Below, piece by piece: positions 8,154-18,097 of a stretch of 64,000 nt of DNA. The translations under genes and the position numbers were made by a program. This DNA is from an uncultured bacterium (GTDB lineage: Bacteria > Patescibacteriota > Minisyncoccia > Phycocordibacterales > PALSA-1337). Position 1 is the first letter of the stretch. Each line of letters opens with the position of its first letter. Below the pieces are notes generated by a model that saw only the letters and a program-made list of their open reading frames with translations, did not search any database and was not told where the DNA came from. The stretch is taken from contig OY969557.1 in the NCBI GenBank assembly GCA_963701025.1, forward strand, positions 570,042 to 634,041, in the 5' to 3' direction.

Positions 8154-8612
8154 TTATTGCATAAGGATAGACAGGCACTGGCTAAGGTCTATACGATAAC
8201 CCAACCAGAGCCAATATATAATCGGCGTTTGACCCCTAATGTTCTGGATATGCGGCACATACAAACTGCCCCGGTTATCCCTGACCACCGATTGCCAAAG
8301 ATATACTTTCTTTCCGCCGAAGATCGAATGACAATATTCGTAAGCGGCGATTTGTCTGCCGGCCTGAAAATTAAGGCATTTATCAATGAGGTCATCCCCT
8401 CTCAAGATTTCCACTAGATCGGAACAGACCATGTTGCTCGGAAGATCGGGTCTTTCCGGGAATCCGGTCAACCGCCCAAGATCGATCATGATTGGACCAA
8501 TAGAGCCAAAATGTGGAAACTGCCAGCCGGTAGCCCAATTCGGCAACGGATAATGCGTACTTCGGTCTATGGGTATAAGAACCCTGGGGACGACAATCTC
8601 TTTGTTTTTCAT
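8154..8612 (-). CDS. Hypothetical protein (orphan, Trp-rich, lower-GC segment)
   Basis: The ORF track lists 8154..8717; start taken at the internal MKNKEIVV. No recognisable motifs. Local GC is about 46% against about 55% nearby. Coding status uncertain. Confidence 0.3.
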   Translation of the reverse strand: MKNKEIVVPRVLIPIDRSTHYPLPNWATGWQFPHFGSIGPIMIDLGRLTGFPERPDLPSNMVCSDLVEILRGDDLIDKCLNFQAGRQIAAYEYCHSIFGGKKVYLWQSVVRDNRGSLYVPHIQNIRGQTPIIYWLWLGYRIDLSQCLSILMQ

Positions 8613-8835
8613 AAGTGCAAGACCAAATGTGTTTATTGGATTTATACTCCAATACCGTTCGATAAGCAATGGCAAAAATATGCATGTTTGTGCTACATTA
8701 CATACGCACATTACCAACTAATCTCGCCTCCGGATAAGCAGGTTTGAAGCTCCGCGCATCGCGCGATCCATTCAAAGCTGAAATCTGTAGGCGAACGCGG
8801 CCGCATAATAAATAGGACGGCCTGCAATCAAACGT

Positions 8836-11043
8836 ATGACCAAAAAAGAATACATCCTTGAAGTCGGCGGCAAGAAGCTCGTGGCCGAATTCAACGACCT
8901 CGCTGACCAGGCCAATGGCTCGGTCCTTCTGCGTTACGGCAACACTGCCGTCATGGCAACGGCTGTTATGGGCGGCGTTCGTGACGGAGATTTCTTTCCA
9001 TTGACTGTGGACTATGAGGAACGCTTCTACGCCACGGGCAGGATACTCGGCTCGCGCTTCATGAGAAGGGAAGGGCGTCCTTCGACGGAGGCGATCCTTT
9101 CCGGCCGCATCGTCGATCGGACTATCCGCCCGCTTTTCAACCAGAAGATGCGCAACGAGGTGCAGATAGTCATTACCACTCTGGCAATCGATCAAGATGA
9201 TCCGGATGTTTCGGCAGTCATAGCTGCTTCTTTAGCTCTTGGTGTTTCGGATATCCCTTGGAATGGACCAGCTTCGGCAGTGCGTGTCTGCCTGTCTGCC
9301 GGACAGGCGGGCAAAAATGCCGAACTTCTCATCAATCCGGACTTCAAGGCACGCGAGGAAGCCGGCATCAGCCTGGACATGATAGCCTGCGGTAAAGATG
9401 GCATGATCAATATGATAGAAGTCGGAAGTAAAGAGGTGGGAGAAGAGGCCGTCAATGAGTCTTTAGTATTAGCATCGGCCGAGATCGAAAAGATCCAAGC
9501 GTGGCAGGAAAAGATCATAAAAGAGATCGGCAAGAAGAAGGCGGAAGTGGCATTGCCTGAAGCTACGCCAGGCACAAAAGAATTATTCGATAAGGCAATC
9601 AGGCCGACTCTCATTAAAAATATATTCAGCAAATCTCCAGAAGGCGGCAAGCAAAGATTTGAGGACGCCATCGACGCCTGGATGACGCTGTTCAAAGAAA
9701 AATTCCCTGAAGGAAACGCCGGCATGGCCATGGAAATAATGGAGGAGGCCGTCAACGAAGTCATTCACGATGAAGCCATAGAAAATGAGAAGCGCCCCGA
9801 CGGACGAGGGCTTGATGAGATACGGCCGCTCTATGTTAAAGCCGGGGGGCTTTCCAGCATCCTTCACGGTTCGGGCATCTTCTACCGCGGCGGCACACAC
9901 GTCCTTTCGACATTGACCCTCGGTTCGCCTGGAGATGCCCTCATCATTGAAGGCTTGACTGTGGAAGAGAACAAACGCTTCATGCACCATTACAATTTCC
10001 CGCCATTCTCGACGGGCGAAACGGGCAGGATTGGCGGCACGAATCGTCGCATGATCGGCCACGGCGCTCTGGCGGAGAAGGCTTTGCTTCCCGTTATCCC
10101 AACGAAAGATAAATTCCCATACACCATACGCCTCGTCTCCGAGGCTATGGCATCGAACGGCTCGACTTCCATGGGTTCGGTCTGCGGCTCCACGTTGGCG
10201 CTCATGGACGGCGGCGTGCCGATAAGCGCGCCGGTTGCGGGCATCGCCAGCGGATTGATGATGAGAGAGTTGAAGGGTGGAAAGGTGAAAGGTGAAAATT
10301 ATGAGTATAAACTTTTAACCGATATCCAAGGACCGGAAGATCACCACGGCGATATGGATTTTAAAGTTGCAGGAACTAGGAAAGGTATAACTGCCGTGCA
10401 AATGGACGTGAAAGTAGGAGGAATTCCGTTGAAGATACTGGGCGAGGCATTCGTCAAAGCAAAAACCGCGCGCCTGAAAATACTCGACCTCATAGAAAAG
10501 GAGATCGCCGCGCCGAGGCCGAAGATATCGCCGAACGCCCCGGAAATCATAACTTTGAAGATAAAACCAGACCAGATAGGCCTAGTCATCGGCACCGGTG
10601 GCAAGACTATCAATGAGATACGGGACGTAACGCACGTAGAAGACATCACCATAGAGGACGACGGCTCGGTCTTCATCACCGGCAAAGGCGGCACAGCCGA
10701 AAAAGCCCGCGAGCTCATAGCCAATATGACAAAAGAATACATGCCGGGAGAGAAATTCGACGGCGAAGTGACACGGCTCATGGACTTCGGCTTCTTCGTC
10801 AAGATAGGTCCGAATGCCGAGGGCATGGTCCATGTGTCCGAGATGGCGCCGTTCCGCGTCGAGCGCGTTGAAACCTATGTCAAGGAAGGGGACAAGGTGC
10901 CGGTCATGGTCAAGGAGATAGACGAGAAAGGCCGCATCAATCTGTCGGTCAAACAGGCCAAGCCAGATTTCTTCGTCAAAAAAGAGGAAACGCCGAGACC
11001 TCCAAGGCCGATGGGTGACAGAGGACCGAGAAGGAGATTTTAG
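8836..11043 (+). CDS. pnp: Polynucleotide phosphorylase
   Basis: 735 aa with two RNase PH domains, a KH domain and an S1 domain (...GIPLKILGEAF...; ...FDGEVTRLMDFGFFVKIG...). Lies downstream of rpsO, though separated from it by inserted genes. Confidence 0.9.
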   Translation: MTKKEYILEVGGKKLVAEFNDLADQANGSVLLRYGNTAVMATAVMGGVRDGDFFPLTVDYEERFYATGRILGSRFMRREGRPSTEAILSGRIVDRTIRPLFNQKMRNEVQIVITTLAIDQDDPDVSAVIAASLALGVSDIPWNGPASAVRVCLSAGQAGKNAELLINPDFKAREEAGISLDMIACGKDGMINMIEVGSKEVGEEAVNESLVLASAEIEKIQAWQEKIIKEIGKKKAEVALPEATPGTKELFDKAIRPTLIKNIFSKSPEGGKQRFEDAIDAWMTLFKEKFPEGNAGMAMEIMEEAVNEVIHDEAIENEKRPDGRGLDEIRPLYVKAGGLSSILHGSGIFYRGGTHVLSTLTLGSPGDALIIEGLTVEENKRFMHHYNFPPFSTGETGRIGGTNRRMIGHGALAEKALLPVIPTKDKFPYTIRLVSEAMASNGSTSMGSVCGSTLALMDGGVPISAPVAGIASGLMMRELKGGKVKGENYEYKLLTDIQGPEDHHGDMDFKVAGTRKGITAVQMDVKVGGIPLKILGEAFVKAKTARLKILDLIEKEIAAPRPKISPNAPEIITLKIKPDQIGLVIGTGGKTINEIRDVTHVEDITIEDDGSVFITGKGGTAEKARELIANMTKEYMPGEKFDGEVTRLMDFGFFVKIGPNAEGMVHVSEMAPFRVERVETYVKEGDKVPVMVKEIDEKGRINLSVKQAKPDFFVKKEETPRPPRPMGDRGPRRRF

Positions 11044-11085
11044 AATCTCACTATATTTTCCTTCCATTCCAGCTATAATAGACGT

Positions 11086-12582
11086 ATGGACGACGACAAT
11101 CTCCCAACTCCACCCAAAGACGCCAGTGATGAGAAAGAGACCTTGTTCTCCTTCAAAGGCCACGACATAAGGACGGGGAAAAAAGAGGCGATACCGGCAA
11201 AGATCGAACCGGCGGCGCCTTCGAACGCGCCATCGCGCATACCGCCGGCAGTGCCAGCGCCACAAGGGCAAAAATCAAATACGCCCGTAAGGCCCACAGC
11301 ACCCTTCATGGTTCCAAATCCCGTGGCGAGACCTACGACACCTGCGAACACGGCGACGAATCCACCGGCAAGACCTGCTCCAGTACCACCGAAGATACGG
11401 ACCCTAGGTACCGCCCCCGCTCCGAACGCGCCAGCATGGACCGGTGCTGACTCATCAAAAGCTTTGCGCACATATGAAGGCGACGTGGCCGAAGCGCTCG
11501 CTCACAAAGGTTCCTCCGCCGCTTCCATCGCCCTAGCGGAAAGCCGCAAGAACAGCGGTGAAGACCGTCTTGGCACCACGGAAGAATCATCTTCCGCGGC
11601 ACACGCGGGCAGGAAGATCGTCATAACCCTGGTAAGCTTGCTCCTCATCGGCGGGGGAGCAGTCGGCGCGTACTATCTCTACAGCATCAGTCCCTTGGCA
11701 CCGGCAAAACAGGCGGCTCCGCAGGCGCAAGCGGCTCCGTCGCTCGTGCCTTCCGACACGCAAGCGGTGATAGCGATCGACGGCATGGACCCTGTCGCCG
11801 TCATACGCGCGGTACGGGCCGAAATAGCCAAACCGCAAGGTATTAATACCATAAAGGAGATCACCCTCGTACAGACCACGAACGGCTTGCATTACCGAGT
11901 GACCGGGCCGGACATGGCGAATATCATGGATATCGGAGCCCCGGACATAGTCCTACGGGCGCTCTCTAACGATTGGATGCTGGGCGTCTACGCCGATTCC
12001 TCCGGAACAAAGACAGTCTTCGTGGTAGCCACGGTGGACTATTTCCAGAACGCCTTCGCCGGCATGCTCCAATGGGAGGGCCTCATGGCCGATGACCTAA
12101 AATTGTATCTCTATCCGAATACGCCAGCCGACGTCACCACGGCCGCATCACCGATCGAAACGGCGACGATCAATCCTTTGGCGAGTATTGAAAATATCCT
12201 GTCGCCAGCCGCAAGCTCGACGAAAACATATCCAACAAGCCCGGCAACGACGTCATCGACGATCAAGCGCCGCTCATTCTCGGAAACAGGCGGGCAGGCA
12301 GGCACAGTACAGGCGAGCACAAGCCCGACGACAGTATCTTCGACAAATTCAGCGGCGACTACTACGACACCTGTTCAGCCTAGCCAGCCCTATGTCGTTT
12401 TGCGCGGATCATTCGTTGATCGGATCATAGACAACAAAGATGCCCGTGAATTTATAACCAGCGACGGCACTGTTCTTTTCCTGTATTCATTCATCGACAA
12501 TACGAAGCTCGTCATAACGGGTTCGGAGGCCACTCTCTCCGCGATCCTGAACCGGCTTGAACAACAAGTGTTTGTGCGCTAG
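11086..12582 (+). CDS. Hypothetical membrane-anchored protein (Pro-rich N-terminus, one TM helix)
   Basis: 498 aa. Low-complexity P/A/T-rich N-terminus, a TM segment IVITLVSLLLIGGGAVGAYYLY, and a structured C-terminal domain. TATAAT lies at 11074-11079, 7 nt before the ATG. Confidence 0.55.
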   Translation: MDDDNLPTPPKDASDEKETLFSFKGHDIRTGKKEAIPAKIEPAAPSNAPSRIPPAVPAPQGQKSNTPVRPTAPFMVPNPVARPTTPANTATNPPARPAPVPPKIRTLGTAPAPNAPAWTGADSSKALRTYEGDVAEALAHKGSSAASIALAESRKNSGEDRLGTTEESSSAAHAGRKIVITLVSLLLIGGGAVGAYYLYSISPLAPAKQAAPQAQAAPSLVPSDTQAVIAIDGMDPVAVIRAVRAEIAKPQGINTIKEITLVQTTNGLHYRVTGPDMANIMDIGAPDIVLRALSNDWMLGVYADSSGTKTVFVVATVDYFQNAFAGMLQWEGLMADDLKLYLYPNTPADVTTAASPIETATINPLASIENILSPAASSTKTYPTSPATTSSTIKRRSFSETGGQAGTVQASTSPTTVSSTNSAATTTTPVQPSQPYVVLRGSFVDRIIDNKDAREFITSDGTVLFLYSFIDNTKLVITGSEATLSAILNRLEQQVFVR

Positions 12583-12594
12583 AATGGCGCCACC

Positions 12595-12957
12595 ATGAAT
12601 ACGCACGACACCGAACGATTCAAAAAAAGGCTCCTCGCGGAGCAGGCGCAACTCGAGGAAGGATTGGGCGGTATCGGCATAAAAAACCCGCAAACCGCCG
12701 GCGGATGGGAGGCGACTTCCGGCGGCATGGAAGTCGATTCCGCCGATGACAACGAGGTTGCCGACAAATTGGAGGAACTGGAGGAAAATACTGGCGTAGT
12801 GAACAATCTCGACAGTCAATTGAACGAAGTCAAAGCCGCCCTCGAACGCATAGAAAAGGGCACATACGGCCTCTGCGAGGTCTGCGGCAAACCGATAGAA
12901 AAAGAGCGCCTGGAAGCAAATCCGAGCGCCCGCGTTTCCATAAAGCACGGCCACTAG
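12595..12957 (+). CDS. dksA: DksA/TraR-family zinc-finger protein
   Basis: Coiled-coil N-terminus and a C-terminal GLCEVCGKPIEKERLEANPSARVSI DksA/TraR C4-type motif. Confidence 0.7.
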   Translation: MNTHDTERFKKRLLAEQAQLEEGLGGIGIKNPQTAGGWEATSGGMEVDSADDNEVADKLEELEENTGVVNNLDSQLNEVKAALERIEKGTYGLCEVCGKPIEKERLEANPSARVSIKHGH

Positions 12958-13069
12958 ACAAGGTCGTTGGGGGTACATCGGCGATTTTCATCATTCCTTT
13001 ATCGGATCTTCATCGTTTCTTGAGGACTTTTTGAGCGTTTCTTTATCGCTCTCCTGATAGTCTGTGTGC

Positions 13070-14629
13070 ATGAGCACCGCACAAGCATATAGCGCCCATC
13101 TTTCCGGACTCAAAGCAGAGACAGTTACCATAGAAGTGGACATATCCAATGGTCTGCACGCTTTTTCCATAGTCGGCTTGGGTGATCGGGCAGTGGAAGA
13201 AGCCAAGGACCGCGTATCGGCGGCCATTAAGAACACTGGTTTTGTATCCCCGAAACAGAAAAATCAGAAGGTGGTCATATCTCTCGCTCCGGCCGACGTG
13301 CGCAAGGAAGGTCCGGGGTTCGATCTGGCCATGGCGGTCGCTTATCTCGCCGCGGCGGGCGATCTCGATCTCGACTATGAAGGAAAGCTCTTCCTCGGCG
13401 AACTGTCGCTCGAGGGAACCATTCGCAATGTCCACGGGCTTCTGCCGGTCCTTGTTCAAGCCGCGGCGCAAGGTTTTACCACGGCTTTCGTGCCAATGGA
13501 TAATGCCATCGAGGCGTCGCTGGCCAAGGATATCATCATATATGGGGCGCGTTCGCTCCGCGAAGTCATAGACCACCTATCGAGAAAACGGCGGCTCGAG
13601 CAGATCGTTCCCGCTCCAGAAGCGGGGGAAGATGACGCTCCATCAGGCATAGACATGTCAGTCATCCGCGGCAATGAGACCGCCAAAAGAGGATTGGAGA
13701 TAGCCGCGGCAGGGGCGCATAACATACTCCTCTACGGTCCGCCTGGCACCGGCAAGACCATGCTGGCTCATGCTTTTACCTCCATCCTGCCGCCGCTCTC
13801 ATACGAACAGTCGGTTGAGGTCACCAGTATCCATTCCGCGGCTCGAATCCTTCCCCAAGGCCTTATCGTCCGGTCACCTTTCCGGGCGCCGCATCATACG
13901 GCCTCGGCCATATCCATCCTGGGCGGCGGCCAGAGCCCGCATCCGGGCGAGATCACTCTGGCCCATCGCGGCGTTCTTTTTCTCGATGAATTCCCGGAAT
14001 TCGACCGAAAGGTGGTTGAAGCCCTCCGTCAGCCGCTCGAAGACCGCGAGATCACGGTCGCCCGAGCCAAGGGATCCGTCACTTTTCCGGCCCAATGCAT
14101 ACTGATAGCTTCCATGAATCCTTGCAGATGCGGTACGACTACCGAAGGAGGATGCGTCTGCCCGGCCCATCTCCGTGAAGCGTATCGCAGGAGGATATCT
14201 GCGCCTGTCATGGATCGGATCGACTTGTGGGTCAACGTGAACAAGGTTGATTATGAAAAACTGGCGGCACGGGAAGCGTCCGGCGAAAGTTCAGGCGTCA
14301 TCCGCGCCAGAATCGCCGCCGCGCGGGCCCTACAGGCGGAACGGCTCCGTAAGATCGGTGCCGGAAAGAAACATGCCGGAAAAAATGAAGACGCTGTGAA
14401 ATACTTCAACAGCGAGATGTCGGCCGACGACATAGAGAATGGTTCTCATCTGAAAGATGACGCGCGGACGGCTCTGCGGCTGTCGGCGGAGAGGTTCGGA
14501 TTTTCCGGCCGGGCATTTCATCGGGCCATCAAAGTGGCGCGGACGATAGCCGACTTGGCCGGGTCGAAAGATATCCTCAAGGAACATGTCTTGGAAGCTC
14601 TGCAATACAGACGTAAGACGCCTCGTTAG
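13070..14629 (+). CDS. comM: YifB/ComM-family Mg-chelatase-like AAA+ ATPase
   Basis: Walker A LLYGPPGTGKTML, arginine finger and C-terminal Mg-chelatase domain. 521-aa ORF. GTG at 13064, ATG at 13070. Confidence 0.85.
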   Translation: MSTAQAYSAHLSGLKAETVTIEVDISNGLHAFSIVGLGDRAVEEAKDRVSAAIKNTGFVSPKQKNQKVVISLAPADVRKEGPGFDLAMAVAYLAAAGDLDLDYEGKLFLGELSLEGTIRNVHGLLPVLVQAAAQGFTTAFVPMDNAIEASLAKDIIIYGARSLREVIDHLSRKRRLEQIVPAPEAGEDDAPSGIDMSVIRGNETAKRGLEIAAAGAHNILLYGPPGTGKTMLAHAFTSILPPLSYEQSVEVTSIHSAARILPQGLIVRSPFRAPHHTASAISILGGGQSPHPGEITLAHRGVLFLDEFPEFDRKVVEALRQPLEDREITVARAKGSVTFPAQCILIASMNPCRCGTTTEGGCVCPAHLREAYRRRISAPVMDRIDLWVNVNKVDYEKLAAREASGESSGVIRARIAAARALQAERLRKIGAGKKHAGKNEDAVKYFNSEMSADDIENGSHLKDDARTALRLSAERFGFSGRAFHRAIKVARTIADLAGSKDILKEHVLEALQYRRKTPR

Positions 14630-14652
14630 GGCGCGGACAAAAAGGCGCGGTA

Positions 14653-15786
14653 CTACTGGCACAAAGCCGGGTCGACGAAGGGATTTTGGGCCCCGCGGAT
14701 CTCGAAATGCGTGTGTGGACCGGTGGTCATGCCGGTCATACCGACATAACCGATGATTTCTCCCTGTGAGACACTTTCGCCGGCGCTGACCGCGGGCTTC
14801 GACATGTGGGCGTATAGAGTTTCAACCCCGTTCGGATGAGAGATCATGACAAAGTTACCATAGCCACCGTTCCACATGCCGTTCGATTTGCTGATGATGA
14901 CGGTGCCCGCGGCCGCGGCATGGATGGGCGTGCCTCGCTCTATGGCAAGATCGACGGCGTTATGTCCGTGCAGGCCTTGGCTCAAGCGCGCGCCAGGCAG
15001 AGGACAGGTGAAGTATCCAGGATAAGACGGCCAGTTCCATACCGGATCCAAAAGCGGTTCGAACGAAGGTACCTTATACTTCTGGCGCGACAGGAATGAC
15101 GTGACTTCGCTTATCGAAGGTTTTCCGTGCGGAATGACCAGTTGCTGGCCTACCGTGATGGTTGAAGAAGCGGTCATGTCGTTGTAGATATAAATGTCGT
15201 TAACGTCGACCTTGAACGCATTCGCTATCTTTTGGAGAGAGTCTTTCGCCTGGACCGCGTAGAGGACGCCCGTCACGGGCAGTATGATGAGCGATTGGCC
15301 GGGTTTTATGGTATCACCAGAAAGATGGTTGGCCTGCTTGATCGTATCCACTGATATGTCGAACATGAGAGCGATCCCTGACAAGGTGTCGTCGCCCTGC
15401 ACGACATAGGTGCTCATAGCCGTGTTGACGGAGTCGCTGCCGCTTGCGGCACAGGCGGCCGTCAAATCCGGGACAAGAGTATTGTCATCGACCGGCGGTA
15501 CGCCCGGCAGATCGCATGGATTGGAAGGACCGGTCGGGGCCTGAAGATAATCATTGTTACTGGCAGATGAAGATGAATTGCCGGAAGATACAACATTTGC
15601 CGCTGATGCCTGGCCGGGGGAGACGAGATTGGCCACGAATGAAAAGAGACCGCTCTGCCAATTGGCTGATGCGGTCCCCGAGTACGCGATGAATATACCA
15701 GCGGCCATTACGAACATAACGACCCATGTCGCCGGGCGCTTTGAAAAAACCGTGTATTTAGATTTCCTATGGGATTCTGATTGCAT
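14653..15786 (-). CDS. M23 family metallopeptidase with two LysM domains
   Basis: LysM repeats (YVVQGDDTLSGIALMF...; YAVQAKDSLQKIANAF...). M23 catalytic motifs HNAVDLA and GMTGMTTGPHTHFE. N-terminal TM/signal. Confidence 0.8.
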   Translation of the reverse strand: MQSESHRKSKYTVFSKRPATWVVMFVMAAGIFIAYSGTASANWQSGLFSFVANLVSPGQASAANVVSSGNSSSSASNNDYLQAPTGPSNPCDLPGVPPVDDNTLVPDLTAACAASGSDSVNTAMSTYVVQGDDTLSGIALMFDISVDTIKQANHLSGDTIKPGQSLIILPVTGVLYAVQAKDSLQKIANAFKVDVNDIYIYNDMTASSTITVGQQLVIPHGKPSISEVTSFLSRQKYKVPSFEPLLDPVWNWPSYPGYFTCPLPGARLSQGLHGHNAVDLAIERGTPIHAAAAGTVIISKSNGMWNGGYGNFVMISHPNGVETLYAHMSKPAVSAGESVSQGEIIGYVGMTGMTTGPHTHFEIRGAQNPFVDPALCQ

Positions 15787-16043
15787 AACGAATATGTCCT
15801 ATCCGCAAGTCATCCGCATCTGCCCGTCAGGCGCTCCGTGTCGCATTCGGTAATAAATAAACGGCTCTGTTGAGCCACAATAATCTATTTATTCACTTGA
15901 ACGCACTATAAGCGTAGCAGGCACGCAGAGTATGTCAATGAATACTGTACACAGCAATAAAGATTGCCGTAATGTCAATAAGTGTGACTAAAAATATGAG
16001 CCTGACCTAAGAGAACCGAAGCCGCGTGCTACTATAGACTTCC

Positions 16044-18086
16044 ATGCATAATCCGAGCCACATGCAAAAACTCAACGCCGAACAAGAGCGCGCCGTGGAA
16101 ACGACGGAAGGACCCCTGCTCATCATCGCCGGCGCCGGCGCAGGCAAGACGCGCGTCATCACTCACCGCATCCTGAACCTGATCAGGAAAGGAACGGCTC
16201 CCCATTCCATCCTGGCCATCACTTTCACCAACAAAGCCGCGAAAGAGATGCGGGGGCGAGTAGAGACGCTTTTGACCGAAGATAAGACACTCAATCTGCC
16301 GATCTCAATGAACGAACGGCCTTTCGTCAGCACATTCCACGCCCTGGGCGTCCATATCATCCGCGAGAATGCCGGCCTGCTCGGTCTCTCGCGGCATTTC
16401 ACCATATACGACCGAGCCGATTCGCGACGGGCAGTCAAAGAAGCGATGCTCCGATCGTCAGTCGATCCGAAGGCCTTCGATCCGGCGACGGTCCTCAACA
16501 TGATCTCGCGGGCGAAAGGGGACGGTCTCGACCGGCAGGAATATATGGACCGTGCCGTCGAAAAAGGCGGGAAAAAGAGCGGGGGCGGATTTATCGAGGA
16601 AGTCGTAGCCAAAGTATGGGAGAAATATGAGGCGATCCTGGCCGGAGAGAAGGCCCTGGACTTCGACGACCTGCTTCTGAAGACTGTACAGCTTCTGGAA
16701 AGACATAAAGACGTGCGCGAACATTACCAAGCCGTCTGGAAATACATCCATATCGACGAATACCAGGACACGAACCGCGTGCAATACAAGATCGCCAGGC
16801 TTTTGGCGGGAAACACCAATGTGCCTGGATCAGAGCCGGGAAATGGCGGCCCCAACATCTGCGTGGTCGGCGACGCGGACCAGAATATCTACAGTTGGCG
16901 CGGCGCGACCATAGAGAACATCCTTAATTTTGAGAAAGATTATCCGGAGGCGCAGACGATAGCCTTGGAGACGAACTATCGCTCGACCAAGACCATCATC
17001 ACTGCGGCCAATGACATCATAGAGAAGAATGTCATGCGAAAAAAGAAGACTCTGCGCACAGACAATGCCGCCGGAGAGAAGATAACGCTCATGGCATCGT
17101 ATTCCGAGGACAATGAAGCGCAGGCCATCGCCGACGAGACGCGTAACCTGATCGCCGCGGGCGCTTCACCACGCGAGATCGCCGTGCTCTATCGGGCCAA
17201 CTTCCAATCGCGCGCCCTGGAAGAATCTTTCATCAAGAAGAACATACCTTACCAGCTGGTCGGGGTGCGCTTCTTCGAAAGGAAAGAGGTAAAAGACGTA
17301 CTTTCATATGTCCGCGCGGCTCTGAATCGCGACAGTCTGGGCGACATCGGTCGTATCATCAACATTCCGCCTCGGGGCATCGGCAAGGTTACCGTAGCAA
17401 AGCTATTTTCCGCGAGAGAAGACCTCATACCTCCGGCCACCCGGACGAAGATCGCCGATTTCCGCAAACTGCTCGACGATATCCGCCGCGAGCTCGTCGA
17501 AAAGAAACCGTCCGAGGCGGTGAAGTTCGTCATCAAGGAAACGGGCATGGAAAACATGCTCCGTCCGCGATCAGAAGGCGGCCAGGGAGACGGCGAGGAC
17601 GAAGAGCGACTTCTCAACATCCGCGAGCTCGTGTCCGTGGCGGCGCATTATGACCACATGAGGCCGGAAGAAGGCATCGAAGCCCTGCTCGCGAACGCGG
17701 CCTTGGCCAGCGATCAGGATGATCTGGAAAAAGACGACGATGCCGTAAAGCTGATGACCGTGCACGCCTCGAAAGGTCTCGAGTTCGAGAATGTATTCAT
17801 CGCCGGTCTCGAGCAGGATCTCTTTCCTTTCAAACATGTGGATGAAGACGGCATGAGCCAGGCCGAAGAGGAGGAAGAACGGCGTCTTTTTTACGTCGCT
17901 CTCACCCGCGCCAAGAAGAAGATATACTTGAGCTACACTATCATCCGCACCATATACGGCGCCCAGAGGATAAGCGTTCCTTCGGAATTCATCGCCGATA
18001 TAGACAAAAACCTGATAGAGGATCATGTTCCGGAAAAGCATTCGCCAGCTGTCGGAGGCGCCAAAGCGATATTCATCGATTTCTAG
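16044..18086 (+). CDS. pcrA: ATP-dependent DNA helicase PcrA/UvrD
   Basis: LNAEQERAV, AGAGAGKTRVITHRI, and DEYQDTN are all present. 680 aa. Alternative start MQKL at 16062. Confidence 0.9.
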   Translation: MHNPSHMQKLNAEQERAVETTEGPLLIIAGAGAGKTRVITHRILNLIRKGTAPHSILAITFTNKAAKEMRGRVETLLTEDKTLNLPISMNERPFVSTFHALGVHIIRENAGLLGLSRHFTIYDRADSRRAVKEAMLRSSVDPKAFDPATVLNMISRAKGDGLDRQEYMDRAVEKGGKKSGGGFIEEVVAKVWEKYEAILAGEKALDFDDLLLKTVQLLERHKDVREHYQAVWKYIHIDEYQDTNRVQYKIARLLAGNTNVPGSEPGNGGPNICVVGDADQNIYSWRGATIENILNFEKDYPEAQTIALETNYRSTKTIITAANDIIEKNVMRKKKTLRTDNAAGEKITLMASYSEDNEAQAIADETRNLIAAGASPREIAVLYRANFQSRALEESFIKKNIPYQLVGVRFFERKEVKDVLSYVRAALNRDSLGDIGRIINIPPRGIGKVTVAKLFSAREDLIPPATRTKIADFRKLLDDIRRELVEKKPSEAVKFVIKETGMENMLRPRSEGGQGDGEDEERLLNIRELVSVAAHYDHMRPEEGIEALLANAALASDQDDLEKDDDAVKLMTVHASKGLEFENVFIAGLEQDLFPFKHVDEDGMSQAEEEEERRLFYVALTRAKKKIYLSYTIIRTIYGAQRISVPSEFIADIDKNLIEDHVPEKHSPAVGGAKAIFIDF

Positions 18087-18097
18087 GTTTACAGTCC

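Noticed and set aside
10262-10300. aaggtgaaaggtgaaaa tandem inside pnp, resembling the GGTAAAA repeat
   Set aside because: It is in frame within pnp, encoding KGGKVKGEN; a coding low-complexity insertion rather than a regulatory repeat.
8698-11271. Several long antisense ORFs overlapping pnp (8698..9195, 9192..9764, 9583..10062, 10341..10826 and 10582..11271, all minus strand)
   Set aside because: They lie entirely inside the strongly supported pnp reading frame. Their products are Ala/Arg/Ser/Pro-rich with no motifs, typical of antisense frames in GC-rich coding DNA.
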